From: Christensenellaceae bacterium
Lineage (GTDB): Bacteria; Bacillota; Clostridia; Christensenellales; UBA1242
Length of the DNA: 40,523 nt
Assembly: GCA_031255215.1 (NCBI GenBank)
Contig: JAIRSY010000065.1
Span: forward strand, 1-40,523
Direction of reading: 5' to 3'
Of the stretch, positions 27,713 through 36,455 are shown piece after piece. The position numbers and the translations under genes were made by a program. The notes below the pieces were generated by a model. The model ran no database searches. It had not been told where the DNA came from and was given only the letters and a program-made list of their open reading frames with translations. Numbering within the stretch: the first letter of the stretch is position 1; the number at the start of each line of letters is the position of its first letter.

Positions 27713-27717
27713 ATAAT
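27712..27717 (+). promoter_or_regulatory. possible -10 box 8 nt upstream of the phosphorylase ATG
   Basis: TATAAT (27712-17), then atataggt, then ATG 27726. The region is very AT-rich and overlaps the divergent ylbJ-like start, so chance occurrence is plausible. Confidence 0.3.
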
Positions 27718-27725
27718 ATATAGGT

Positions 27726-28586
27726 ATGAAGGAATTTTATATAGATAATACACAGGATAAAAACAGCGAAATAAAAGTCGAAAGCATAAAGGAAAAAAAT
27801 AAAATAAAACGCTCGCCTATCCCAATTTTGGAATACGACTCTTTTGCGGAATCAATTACCCAGGTTAAAAAGGATATCTACCCGAATAAACATAAAATAA
27901 AACGCTGCGTTATTACTTACTTTCAAGATGTAATCGCTAAACTTGAAAATAATTATGTCATCTTCCAGGCGTTTCGTCTTCGAATTGAAGGGGTCCGCCC
28001 ACGCGTTTATGAATTGAAAATCAATGAAAAAGAAGGTAAAGAAAGCATTTACGTCCTGCTGTGCCCTCTGGGTGCTCCGCAGGCCGCACGCATGATGGAA
28101 ATCTTGTCTGCAATAGGAATAAAGAAGTTCGTCGTCTGCGGCGGTGCGGGCACCCTCGATAATACGATTACCGACAATAAGATTTTGCTCGCTACCTCCG
28201 CCGTTCGTGACGAAGGAACGTCCTACCATTATCTGCCGCCTGCACGTATCGTTAAAATTGCAAGTAATGTCCGTAATAAAATGATTGAAGTTCTAAAAAA
28301 GGAAAAAGAAAACTTTTGCGAGATAAAAACATGGACAACGGATGCCTCCTTCCGTGAAACCCCCGCAAAGGTTCAACTTCGCAAAAATGAGGGCTGCGTG
28401 ACCGTCGAAATGGAATGCTCCGCCTACTATGCCGTCGCTAAATTTAAAAAAATATCATGCGGTCAACTTCTATATGCGGGTGATGTCGTAAAAAAGGAGG
28501 GTTGGGACTATCGCGATTGGCATTCAAAAACAGATATAAGAGAACACCTTTTCAATTTGTCCGTAAAATGTGTTTTGGCATTATAA
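27726..28586 (+). CDS. nucleoside phosphorylase family protein (PNP_UDP_1 fold, uridine-phosphorylase-like)
   Basis: LLCPLGAPQAARMMEILSAIGIKKFVVCGGAGTL...AVRDEGTSYHYLP...TVEMECSAYYAVA matches the phosphorylase family core. It has an N-terminal extension of about 60 aa. Confidence 0.75.
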   Translation: MKEFYIDNTQDKNSEIKVESIKEKNKIKRSPIPILEYDSFAESITQVKKDIYPNKHKIKRCVITYFQDVIAKLENNYVIFQAFRLRIEGVRPRVYELKINEKEGKESIYVLLCPLGAPQAARMMEILSAIGIKKFVVCGGAGTLDNTITDNKILLATSAVRDEGTSYHYLPPARIVKIASNVRNKMIEVLKKEKENFCEIKTWTTDASFRETPAKVQLRKNEGCVTVEMECSAYYAVAKFKKISCGQLLYAGDVVKKEGWDYRDWHSKTDIREHLFNLSVKCVLAL

Positions 28587-28632
28587 AAATTTGTGGTAGA
28601 GTTAATTGTATCTGTATAAAGGAGAAGGAAAT

Positions 28633-28857
28633 ATGGCAATGATATATCCCAATATCGAAATCTGTATCAATAACGCAGGCGGGTGTAAATTCATTTTGAT
28701 TCCCGAGGTGATAAAGAGAGCAAGAGACTTGAAAATAAAAAATCCTCAATATTTTAAGGATTCAAACCAAAAGGAAATATCTTGTGCATTAAAAGAGATT
28801 TTTGAAGGTGAAATAAGACCGACATTTGATACGATAGTCCAGGGCGGTCAATCTTAA
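28633..28857 (+). CDS. rpoZ: DNA-directed RNA polymerase subunit omega
   Basis: AAGGAG SD (28619-24). MIYPNIEICINNAGGCKFILIPEVIKRARDL...ISCALKEIFEGEI parallels B. subtilis RpoZ ([27 protein letters not shown]...GKALEEIDAGLL) as I recall it. Lies directly upstream of priA, as in many Bacillota. Confidence 0.6.
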   Translation: MAMIYPNIEICINNAGGCKFILIPEVIKRARDLKIKNPQYFKDSNQKEISCALKEIFEGEIRPTFDTIVQGGQS

Positions 28858-28862
28858 ATAAA

Positions 28863-30845
28863 ATGTTCGTGAATGTTTTGACCGACGGCGATAAACTGTT
28901 TACTTATTCCGCCGATGACGATATGCAAATCGGCTCCTTCGTTGTTGTTCCTTTACGCGGAAAAGAAACCGACGGTTTTGTCGTCTCTTTCGCGGATAAA
29001 CCGAAGTTTGAAACAAAACCTATAAAAAAGAAAATAGTTCGCTTGATTCCCGAAGCAATCGAAATATATCCGGAAATTTGTAACAGGTTCAAACTTAAAA
29101 AATTTGATGTCCTTAAATTATTTCTTCAAAAGGGTAAACCGCTTAAAAATAATCAAATGCGAACGCCTGCATTTATAAAAAAACAAGATAAACCCGTGGT
29201 GCTGACCGCCGAACAACAAAATGCCGTCAATATAATCTTGTCGGCAAACGGCGTCCACCTCCTTCATGGTGTAACCGGTTCCGGTAAAACCGAAGTCTAT
29301 ATGCACGCCATTGAAAATGTCCTCTCCCAAAATTCCCCCTGCGGTAAAACCGCCCTTATGCTTGTTCCGGAAATCGGTTTAACCCCGCAGGTCCTTTCAA
29401 ATTTTAAGGCACGTTTCGGCAATATTGTTGCAATGTTACATAGCGGTTTAAGCGACGGTGAACGCTTCGATGAATGGCAGCGTGTTAACTCCGGCGAGGC
29501 AAAAATTGTAATAGGGGCAAGAAGTGCGGTGTTTGCCCCATTGAAAAATATAGGAATCATTATAATCGACGAAGAACATGACGGAAGTTATCAAAGCGAA
29601 TCAAACCCCCGATATTTTACACACGACATAGCGGCAATGAGGGCGGATTACAATAATTGCCCTTTGGTTTTGGGCTCCGCAACGCCGTCAATTGAAACTT
29701 ACTTTAATGTGACTAATAACCTTACTCAAACTTTCCGCCTTAAAAAGGTTTGCGGCTTGATTGAATTAAAAAACCGCGTGAATGACCAACAAATGCCCGA
29801 TATACAAATCATTGATATGTGTAATGAAATACGAAGCGGCAACGGCGGCATTTTTTCAAAACAATTTTTAGAATCACTCTTCCTTGCCTTGAAATCTAAT
29901 AAAACCGCCATGGTTTTTCTTAATCGGCGAGGATATTCCCAATCCATTCGCTGTAAAAAATGCGGTTGGGTGGCAAACTGCCAAAATTGTGATGTCAATT
30001 TGGTCTATCATGCCGACGAAGAACGGCTTAAATGTCACTACTGCGATGCACGTTGGACCGTCCCAAATCAATGCCCGAATTGCGGCGGCGATTATTTGAA
30101 ATACGGGGCGATGGGAACCCAAAAAATCGTCCGCGAACTTCAAGCCATTCTTCAAAAAGGTGGACTTAATATTCCAATCTTTCGCATGGATACCGACAAT
30201 ACCAAGACCAAAGGGGCACTCCTCAAAATTATTGACGATTTTTCTAAAAACCTTCCCTCCGTTTTGGTTGGGACTCAAATTATCGCAAAGGGTCATCATT
30301 TCCCCGATTGCGATATTGTCTGCGTCGTCGATGCCGATAATGGATTGCATATCCCCGATTATCGCTCCGCCGAACGCACCTTTTCCTTGATTACCCAGGT
30401 CGCGGGACGTGCCGGCCGCGAATCAAATGCGGGAAAGGTCTTCGTCCAAACTTATATGCCAAACCATTATGTTTATAAACTTGTAAAGGATTATGACTAT
30501 TTGGGGCTTTATAAAAAGGAAATAAATGCCCGAATGACAACGAAGTTTCCTCCTTTTTCTCAAATTATCCGCGTTTTGGTGTCCGGGGAAATTGATACGA
30601 AAATAAAATCCTTGATTGAAAAAATGATGAAAGAAATTCGGTCAATCGATTACCCGTTCATCTTTCTGTCCGCGATGGTTTGCCCAAACAAACGCATAAA
30701 GAATAAATTTCGCTACCAAATCCTTATGCGGGTAAAGAAAGAGAACGAAGAAGAAATAACTTCATCTCTCTTCAAAATCATAGAAAAACATAAGACAAGG
30801 AACATAAATACATTTTTAGAGATAAACCCTTCAAGCTTGGCATAA
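28863..30845 (+). CDS. priA: primosomal protein N' (replication restart helicase PriA)
   Basis: Walker A GVTGSGKTEVY, DEEH box (IIDEEHDGSY), and Cys-rich zinc region CKKCGWVANCQNCDVNLVYH...CHYCD...CPNCGG. Confidence 0.95.
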   Translation: MFVNVLTDGDKLFTYSADDDMQIGSFVVVPLRGKETDGFVVSFADKPKFETKPIKKKIVRLIPEAIEIYPEICNRFKLKKFDVLKLFLQKGKPLKNNQMRTPAFIKKQDKPVVLTAEQQNAVNIILSANGVHLLHGVTGSGKTEVYMHAIENVLSQNSPCGKTALMLVPEIGLTPQVLSNFKARFGNIVAMLHSGLSDGERFDEWQRVNSGEAKIVIGARSAVFAPLKNIGIIIIDEEHDGSYQSESNPRYFTHDIAAMRADYNNCPLVLGSATPSIETYFNVTNNLTQTFRLKKVCGLIELKNRVNDQQMPDIQIIDMCNEIRSGNGGIFSKQFLESLFLALKSNKTAMVFLNRRGYSQSIRCKKCGWVANCQNCDVNLVYHADEERLKCHYCDARWTVPNQCPNCGGDYLKYGAMGTQKIVRELQAILQKGGLNIPIFRMDTDNTKTKGALLKIIDDFSKNLPSVLVGTQIIAKGHHFPDCDIVCVVDADNGLHIPDYRSAERTFSLITQVAGRAGRESNAGKVFVQTYMPNHYVYKLVKDYDYLGLYKKEINARMTTKFPPFSQIIRVLVSGEIDTKIKSLIEKMMKEIRSIDYPFIFLSAMVCPNKRIKNKFRYQILMRVKKENEEEITSSLFKIIEKHKTRNINTFLEINPSSLA

Positions 30846-30909
30846 ACCAATCCCCGCTTTATTCCTTGTTGCTTAAATATTGCGGCCTTATCCTTCATAA
30901 ATATGATTA

Positions 30910-31992
30910 TTGAAACATTATAATTTGAAACTTTTGTCCGCGGTCATCGTCCTTTCGGTTTTTGGTGTCATTATGGTTTATTCCGCGTCAAAATATAATG
31001 CGGAATATTATTACAATGACCCGTTCTTTTACGCCGCAAAACAATTTCTTGGTCTGTTTTTGGGAATTATATCGATGTTTTTCTTATCAAATGTTCATTA
31101 CGAAGGGTATAGGAAAATTGCAAATTGGCTCTACCTTATTTCCGTTCTTCTTCTATTGTTGGTTTTTGTCCCCATAATAGGAATTGAAAGGTTGGGTGCA
31201 AAACGTTGGGTCGGTTTCGGCGGTTTTTCAATTCAGCCAAGTGAAATTGCGTAGTTTGCATTCGTAATCTTTGCCGCCAAAACAATAGGCGGCGACTTTC
31301 CTACCATTAAACAATCAATAATCGTTTTGTTGAGCGGGGGGCTCCTTTGCGGTTTGATTATTGCGGAACCAAATATGTCAATTACAATGACCGTCGGCAT
31401 TATAATGTTCGTTATGCTCTTCCTTTGCGGTTCAAGATTGAAATTTATGTTTTGGCTCCTCGTCCCCGCTCTCGCCCTTGTCGTCGTTATGTTGGTCGCC
31501 GAACCTTACCGCCTTGAACGTCTTTCCGCCTTTATTGACCCTTGGGCAAATCCAAAAGACGAGGGCTTTCAACTTATTCAAAGTCTCTACGCAATCGGCA
31601 ATGGGGGACTCTTTGGTGTCGGCTTTGGCAATTCAACTCAAAAATATATGTTTTTACCATTTAGCGAGAGCGACTTCATCTTTTCAATTATTGCCGAGGA
31701 ATTTGGACTCGTCGGCTGCCTTATCCTTTTTGCAACTTTTGCCTTTATAATTTGGCAGATTTTTTTAGTTGGAAGAAAATGTTCGAACCGGTTCGGACGT
31801 TACTTGTGTTATGGTATAGCCGTGGTCATATCCGTTCAAACCGCATTGAATTTCGCCGTTGCAACGGGTTCAATCCCGCCAACGGGGCTTCCTTTACCAT
31901 TTATTTCATTTGGAGGAACAAGCCTCCTTGTCTTTATGTCCGCAATCGGCATTGTATTGAATATTGACAAACAAAATAAGAAAATGGTATAA
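30910..31992 (+). pseudogene. SEDS-family peptidoglycan polymerase (FtsW/RodA/SpoVE) interrupted by a single in-frame TAG at 31252-31254
   Basis: ORFs 30910-31254 and 31327-31992 share frame 1, and the frame is open between them. Translation across the stop reads GFSIQPSEIA*FAFVIFAAK. The downstream part has SLYAIGNGGLFGVGFGNSTQKYMFLPFSESDFIFSIIAEEFGLVG. Total length is about 360 codons, which is full-length for SEDS. Confidence 0.75.
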
Positions 31993-32047
31993 TTAACACT
32001 TATATATCTACCGGTTCCGTTGGGTATAAATTAAAAAGGAGAACAAA

Positions 32048-32275
32048 ATGAACACAAATAATGGCACAGGAAAATTGACAACATGCCAACGTGCGGGTTG
32101 CAACAATCCACTTTGCAAACATGCAAAGGAAGATCCAAGGGGAACAACAATTCCGAAAGACGAAAACTATGATCACAGTACCTGCCAAGGTTTTAAACCG
32201 TCCGTTCAACGCGAACCGAAGGATGAGCTCGTTTTCGAACTCGGCGGAGCTATTGAACATTATCACTCTCTTTGA
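32048..32275 (+). CDS. hypothetical small Cys-rich hydrophilic protein (75 aa)
   Basis: Strong AAGGAG SD (32036-41) 6 nt before ATG 32048. Cys pattern Cx4Cx4C...C. No family recognised. Confidence 0.55.
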   Translation: MNTNNGTGKLTTCQRAGCNNPLCKHAKEDPRGTTIPKDENYDHSTCQGFKPSVQREPKDELVFELGGAIEHYHSL

Positions 32276-32278
32276 TCT

Positions 32279-32734
32279 TTAACCATTCTCTAATTTATCA
32301 ATAAATAAGATTCCGTTAAGGTGGTCTATCTCGTGCGATGCAATTACCGCGTCAAGCCCTTTGAGCTCCGCCGTTTGTCTTTCCTTGTTCCTGTTAAAAA
32401 AGGAAAGTTTCATCTTGTGCGGCCGTTTGACCTTACCCGTTTTGTTTGGACAGGATAGGCAACCCTCAACCCCCATTTTATATTGCGATTCTTCAAGGAT
32501 TTCCGGGTTTATAATTTCTAAATTTCCAAACTCATGGGTCTTCAAGATTGCGATGCGGTATAAAATGCCGACTTGAACCGCCGCTATCCCTATCCCGTTT
32601 TTACGTTCCATCGTATCCGCCATGTCGTCTAAAATTTCATGAATTCGCGGCGTGAACTCTTTTACCGGTTTGCTTATCTGCCTTAAAAACGGATCGGGTT
32701 CCTTTATAATATTAAGAGTTGACATAAAAATCAT
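32279..32734 (-). CDS. def: peptide deformylase
   Basis: Motifs GIGIAAVQVG, EGCLSCP and HEIDHLNG. The ORF-track start at 32962 adds 76 implausible residues and overlaps the divergent lipoprotein gene. ATG 32734 (or 32725) gives a normal protein of about 150 aa. Confidence 0.9.
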   Translation of the reverse strand: MIFMSTLNIIKEPDPFLRQISKPVKEFTPRIHEILDDMADTMERKNGIGIAAVQVGILYRIAILKTHEFGNLEIINPEILEESQYKMGVEGCLSCPNKTGKVKRPHKMKLSFFNRNKERQTAELKGLDAVIASHEIDHLNGILFIDKLENG

Positions 32735-32805
32735 TTTATAATAATGTATAATTATTGTAAATGTATTTATAATATCTTTAACAATAAAAAAAAGGGGAAA
32801 TAATA

Positions 32806-33930
32806 ATGAATAATAAGAAAAGAAACTTTTTGAAAGGATTCGCAATCGCGGGATTGACGCTCTCCGCCGCCGTCGCTTTTGCGGCGTGTGACGGCGTTGA
32901 CCTCTCAAAATATAAAACCTTAGAGGAATATGACGAATATGTCGAAAATCATACACACACAAATGAAGAATACGAAGAGGTATCGGGGAGGACGAACGCC
33001 GAAGACGAAAACTATTCCTATACAGATTCCGATTATAATGCCTTGTTGTCTCAATCCGGACCTCAATACAATATATCTAATCTTCAACAATTAAAGATTG
33101 CACTTGAAAGTGCGGTCTTTAATGATTTGATGATCACCAACGATATGACCATTCCTTCGAATGAAACACTTTTACTCCCCGCCGATAAGAATATCACGGT
33201 TGCACCCGGCAAAAAACTTACAGGCAAAATTGGAAGTTCGGTCGCCGACAATGCGGCGGATGAAAATTGGCCGACGTTGACCTATATGGATGTCGGCATC
33301 AATGGCAAGGCGATTTCAAGGTCGTTCACAATTCGTCTCTCCTCCGCAAACGGCAAATCAACCGTTAATTGGGAAACAACGGACGAGGGCAAGATACTTG
33401 GTTTGGAGGCACACCTTGACGGTTCCGTTCGTATAATTCCCGCCAACGTTACTTGGAACTTCGATGAAGACTTTGACTTCCATCAATCGGTTTTCACGGG
33501 GGTAGAAGCAGAAGAGGATTGGGGTCGTGTTCAAATTCCTTCAATGGGCATCAATCTTTCACTTGACAATATCGACCAAATCAAGGTTGAAAAGGCACCC
33601 GCCGGAAATGGGGATGTAGTTAACAACAATTCCGTGACCTTCTCGGCCGGTCATCTCCACCTTAAATCCGCACCTACAATTCCCGTCGACAAAACTTGGA
33701 GATTTGTAGCTGGTTACAAGATAACCACACCGGAAAACCCTGACGGTAAGACAATAACCGCCGAATTGGCGGTGACCGGCTTCACAGACGGACAGGACAT
33801 TATAGATTGGGTTAATGAGACCGAAGAAGAACCCGAAGAAGAAACCGAAGAAACCGAAGAAGAAACCGAAGATCCCGAAGAAAATCCCGGAGAAAATCCC
33901 GAAGATCCCGAAGAAAATCCCGGAGAATAA
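32806..33930 (+). CDS. putative lipoprotein with low-complexity acidic C-terminal tail
   Basis: Signal peptide MNNKKRNFLKGFAIAGLTLSAAVAFAAC with a lipobox-like FAAC. C-terminus is ETEEEPEEETEETEEETEDPEENPGENPEDPEENPGE. Confidence 0.7.
   Translation: MNNKKRNFLKGFAIAGLTLSAAVAFAACDGVDLSKYKTLEEYDEYVENHTHTNEEYEEVSGRTNAEDENYSYTDSDYNALLSQSGPQYNISNLQQLKIALESAVFNDLMITNDMTIPSNETLLLPADKNITVAPGKKLTGKIGSSVADNAADENWPTLTYMDVGINGKAISRSFTIRLSSANGKSTVNWETTDEGKILGLEAHLDGSVRIIPANVTWNFDEDFDFHQSVFTGVEAEEDWGRVQIPSMGINLSLDNIDQIKVEKAPAGNGDVVNNNSVTFSAGHLHLKSAPTIPVDKTWRFVAGYKITTPENPDGKTITAELAVTGFTDGQDIIDWVNETEEEPEEETEETEEETEDPEENPGENPEDPEENPGE
33868..33927 (+). repeat. 33-nt-period tandem repeat in the lipoprotein 3' end
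   Basis: gaagatcccgaagaaaatcccggagaa occurs identically at 33868-33894 and 33901-33927, separated by aatccc. It is preceded by degenerate gaagaaacc units from about 33826. Confidence 0.9.
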
Positions 33931-33970
33931 AGTGTTCTGGCGGTGCATACCGGCATAAATAAAATCAAGA

Positions 33971-34005
33971 AACGTCAAAAGCATCTTTGCTTTGACGTTT
34001 TTTTT
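33971..34005 (+). terminator. rho-independent terminator
   Basis: aacgtcaaaagca / tctt / tgctttgacgtt forms a stem with one bulged A, followed by a run of about 8 T. Confidence 0.75.
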
Positions 34006-34087
34006 GAGTTTGAATCTCAATGACTTAAAAAATACTTGTTGTCCTTGTCTTTGACACAATTTGGACGTAACATGTCAATAATTTTCA

Positions 34088-34116
34088 TTGCAATGACAAA
34101 AAGCATTTGGTATAAT
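34088..34116 (+). promoter_or_regulatory. sigma-A promoter abutting the secD start codon
   Basis: TTGCAA (34088-93), a 17-nt spacer ending in TGg, then TATAAT (34111-16), then aaaaag, then ATG 34123. No SD. Confidence 0.55.
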
Positions 34117-34122
34117 AAAAAG

Positions 34123-35523
34123 ATGACGAAGACAAAAGCGATAATAAAATTCGGGATAATCGGTTTATTGGTTATAATTGGCATGCTGCTTTCATTTTGC
34201 AAGTTTAGAATCCCGACAACGGAATACGATTTTGAAGGGTTTTATAATGCAATTCATGCAAAAATGGGCATTGACCTTAACGGTGGGGTTTTGGCGGTTT
34301 TTGATTGTGAAAAAGAAGACGGAAGCACGGATTTTGATAGGGAGGTCGAGGCGACGAAGCAAAAGATCGAGAAGTTGCTTACGGACAAGGGCTACACGGA
34401 GGCGACGATTACAAAACAGGGAATTTATCCAAATTATAAGATTAGGATTGAAGTCCCGGGCATGGAGGACTCTACGGAAATCTTTGATGCAATTGGAACG
34501 CCCGCAAATATTGAATTTACGGAACCGACGGATGCCGCACCGCAGAGCAGCGACGAATATGACGCCTCAAAAGTTAGAATCACGGGGAAGGGAATCAAAT
34601 CGGTAACGGTAATCGCCTCGCAGGACAGTGCGAACGTCGGCAAATATGATTTGCGTATTGAATTTACGGGTGAGGGGACAACCGAGTTTGCCGCGATGAC
34701 CGCCAATGCGGGCAAATATTTGGCGATTTGGTCGAATAAAAAACTTATAATGTCACCAAGAATCGAATCCGCAATTACAAACGGAATAACGGTTATTTCA
34801 TCGACCGGAGGTTATACAAGGGAGCAGGCGGATGCGTTTGCCTTGCAAATTGAAGCGGGGCTCTATTCGGTCAAACTTACGGCAAGTGAAACATCAATTA
34901 TTCCGGCGACAATGGGCGACGGTGCACTTCTTGCGGGAATGTTGGCCCTGCTCCTCGGTGTGATCTTGATTTTTGTATTGATGTGGATAATTTACGGCGA
35001 CTTTGGATTGCTCTCGAATTTATCCCTTCTTGTCTATTCGATTATCCTCTTGTTCTTTTTGGCGGTCATAGATGCGGTGCAATTGACCTTACCGGGAATT
35101 GCGGGAATAATTTTGTCAATAGGAATGTCCGTGGATGCGAACGTGATAATTTTTGGACACATTAAGCAGGAATTTTCGTCGGGAAAGAACTTGCGGGCAA
35201 GTTTTGAGGCGGGGTTCAACCGTTCGGTTAAAACAATTCTCGACGCGAATATAACTACGATAATTGCCGCCGCCGTCCTTTATCTGTTGGGGACAGGGGC
35301 GATAAAAGGGTTCGCAATTACGCTGTTTTTGGGCGTGGCGGTTTCAATGTTTGTAAGTTTGATTTTGATGCGTGGATATGCGAAACTTTATCTGGTGTTG
35401 AATGGTGAAAACGGAAAACGGTGCAAATTATTCCGTAACGAAGTAAAAACCGATGACGGAAAATTCGCGTCGGCCACCGCCAAATCAACGAAACGTAAAC
35501 TTAATTTGGGAGGTGAAATATGA
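34123..35523 (+). CDS. secD: protein translocase subunit SecD
   Basis: N-terminal TM (AIIKFGIIGLLVIIGMLLSF), GIDLNGG motif, and the C-terminal 6-TM RND-like domain. I chose ATG 34123; the ORF-track start at 34036 lies upstream of the promoter. Confidence 0.9.
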   Translation: MTKTKAIIKFGIIGLLVIIGMLLSFCKFRIPTTEYDFEGFYNAIHAKMGIDLNGGVLAVFDCEKEDGSTDFDREVEATKQKIEKLLTDKGYTEATITKQGIYPNYKIRIEVPGMEDSTEIFDAIGTPANIEFTEPTDAAPQSSDEYDASKVRITGKGIKSVTVIASQDSANVGKYDLRIEFTGEGTTEFAAMTANAGKYLAIWSNKKLIMSPRIESAITNGITVISSTGGYTREQADAFALQIEAGLYSVKLTASETSIIPATMGDGALLAGMLALLLGVILIFVLMWIIYGDFGLLSNLSLLVYSIILLFFLAVIDAVQLTLPGIAGIILSIGMSVDANVIIFGHIKQEFSSGKNLRASFEAGFNRSVKTILDANITTIIAAAVLYLLGTGAIKGFAITLFLGVAVSMFVSLILMRGYAKLYLVLNGENGKRCKLFRNEVKTDDGKFASATAKSTKRKLNLGGEI

Positions 35524-36455
35524 GCTTTGACTTCAAAAAACCAAATTTGAGGATTGCGAATGCGGGCAAAAAAACAATCATCCTTCCGGCGGTGATTATG
35601 GCAATTGGAATTATAATGTTTTTTGTCTTCATAGGACAGGGCGGGTTCAATTTGGGCCTCGATTTTACGGGCGGTTCCATTATAAAGGTTGAAATTGAAA
35701 CTACCCAAAATAATATTGACGATGTTCGAAACATAGTAAGTGACTTTACAAAATGTGATGTGCAAAAAGAAGAGAGTTCAAGCGGAGGGAAATATATTAC
35801 CGTTAAGTTTGCGGAAACAAATGAGGATAAGGTCGGCGACATAATTACCGCACTTAAAACCGCATACGGAGAAACAAATGTAAGTGAGAGCGATTCTATC
35901 TCGGGTTCAACATCGGCGGAGAAAGTCCAGAGCATAATTTGGGCGGTTCTCGCCGCACTTGCGGGAATTATGCTCTATATGTTGTTCCGTTTCAAGTTCA
36001 CTTCGGGTATGGCCGCACTTATCGCACTTATGCATGATGTCTTGATTATGATTGCAATGGTTGTCATTTTTAGAGTCCAGATAAATTCGCCGTTCATAGC
36101 CGCCGTAATCACAATCGTCGGTTATTCAATAAATAATACCTTGGTCCTTATGGATAGAATTAGAGAATATGAAAACAACAATAATGATGCAAAAACCTTG
36201 AGCGAAATTGTCGATAAATCTATCAATGATACCTTTGGACGGACAATGATTATGACCGCCACCACCCTTGTCCCGGTCGTGGTATTGGGAACCGTCGCAA
36301 TCATTATGAATCTAACAAGTTTGACGGAATTTGCCCTCCCGATTATCTTTGGATTGATTGCGGGAACATACAGCTCTCTCTTCCTTGTTGCACCTATGTA
36401 TAATAGGTTTGAAAGTGCAAGACTTCGTAAATTGAAACGTCACAATATAAATTGA
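35520..36455 (+). CDS. secF: protein translocase subunit SecF
   Basis: LGLDFTGGSIIKVE motif and a 6-TM domain. ATGA overlap with secD. Confidence 0.9.
   Translation: MSFDFKKPNLRIANAGKKTIILPAVIMAIGIIMFFVFIGQGGFNLGLDFTGGSIIKVEIETTQNNIDDVRNIVSDFTKCDVQKEESSSGGKYITVKFAETNEDKVGDIITALKTAYGETNVSESDSISGSTSAEKVQSIIWAVLAALAGIMLYMLFRFKFTSGMAALIALMHDVLIMIAMVVIFRVQINSPFIAAVITIVGYSINNTLVLMDRIREYENNNNDAKTLSEIVDKSINDTFGRTMIMTATTLVPVVVLGTVAIIMNLTSLTEFALPIIFGLIAGTYSSLFLVAPMYNRFESARLRKLKRHNIN

Noticed and set aside
27700-27735. A dif-like (XerCD recombination) site. The minus strand reads ccttcatacc-tatata-ttatatgaaac, which resembles the Bacillus dif core TATATA-TTATGTAAACT.
   Set aside because: Only about 7/11 positions match in the right arm and about 3/11 in the left arm. 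The sequence is the AT-rich divergent promoter and start region of two genes, so chance similarity is more likely.
31252-31254. Genome-wide reassignment of TAG to a sense codon as the explanation for the in-frame amber in the SEDS gene.
   Set aside because: TAG appears to act as a genuine terminator for the IlvD-like gene (38877-79). Read-through there would run far into the convergent degV gene. TAG also ends the HD gene. Global reassignment is therefore unlikely, and only site-specific suppression or a mutation or error remains on the table.
32000-32266. An 88-aa minus-strand ORF overlapping the small Cys-rich gene.
   Set aside because: The plus-strand ORF has a canonical SD at ideal spacing. 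The minus-strand ORF has none, would run into the SEDS gene terminus, and has hydrophobic, low-information composition.
33826-33927. Short direct repeats that might suggest a CRISPR-like or other repeat array.
   Set aside because: The repeats are contiguous, in frame and coding (EETE/EDPEENPGENP units), with no spacers. They form a low-complexity protein tail, not a CRISPR array.
33559-34059. ORFs of 166 aa and 84 aa on the minus strand with GFF/SSG repeats.
   Set aside because: They are reverse-complement artefacts of the acidic GAA/CCC tandem repeats in the lipoprotein gene and run through its terminator.
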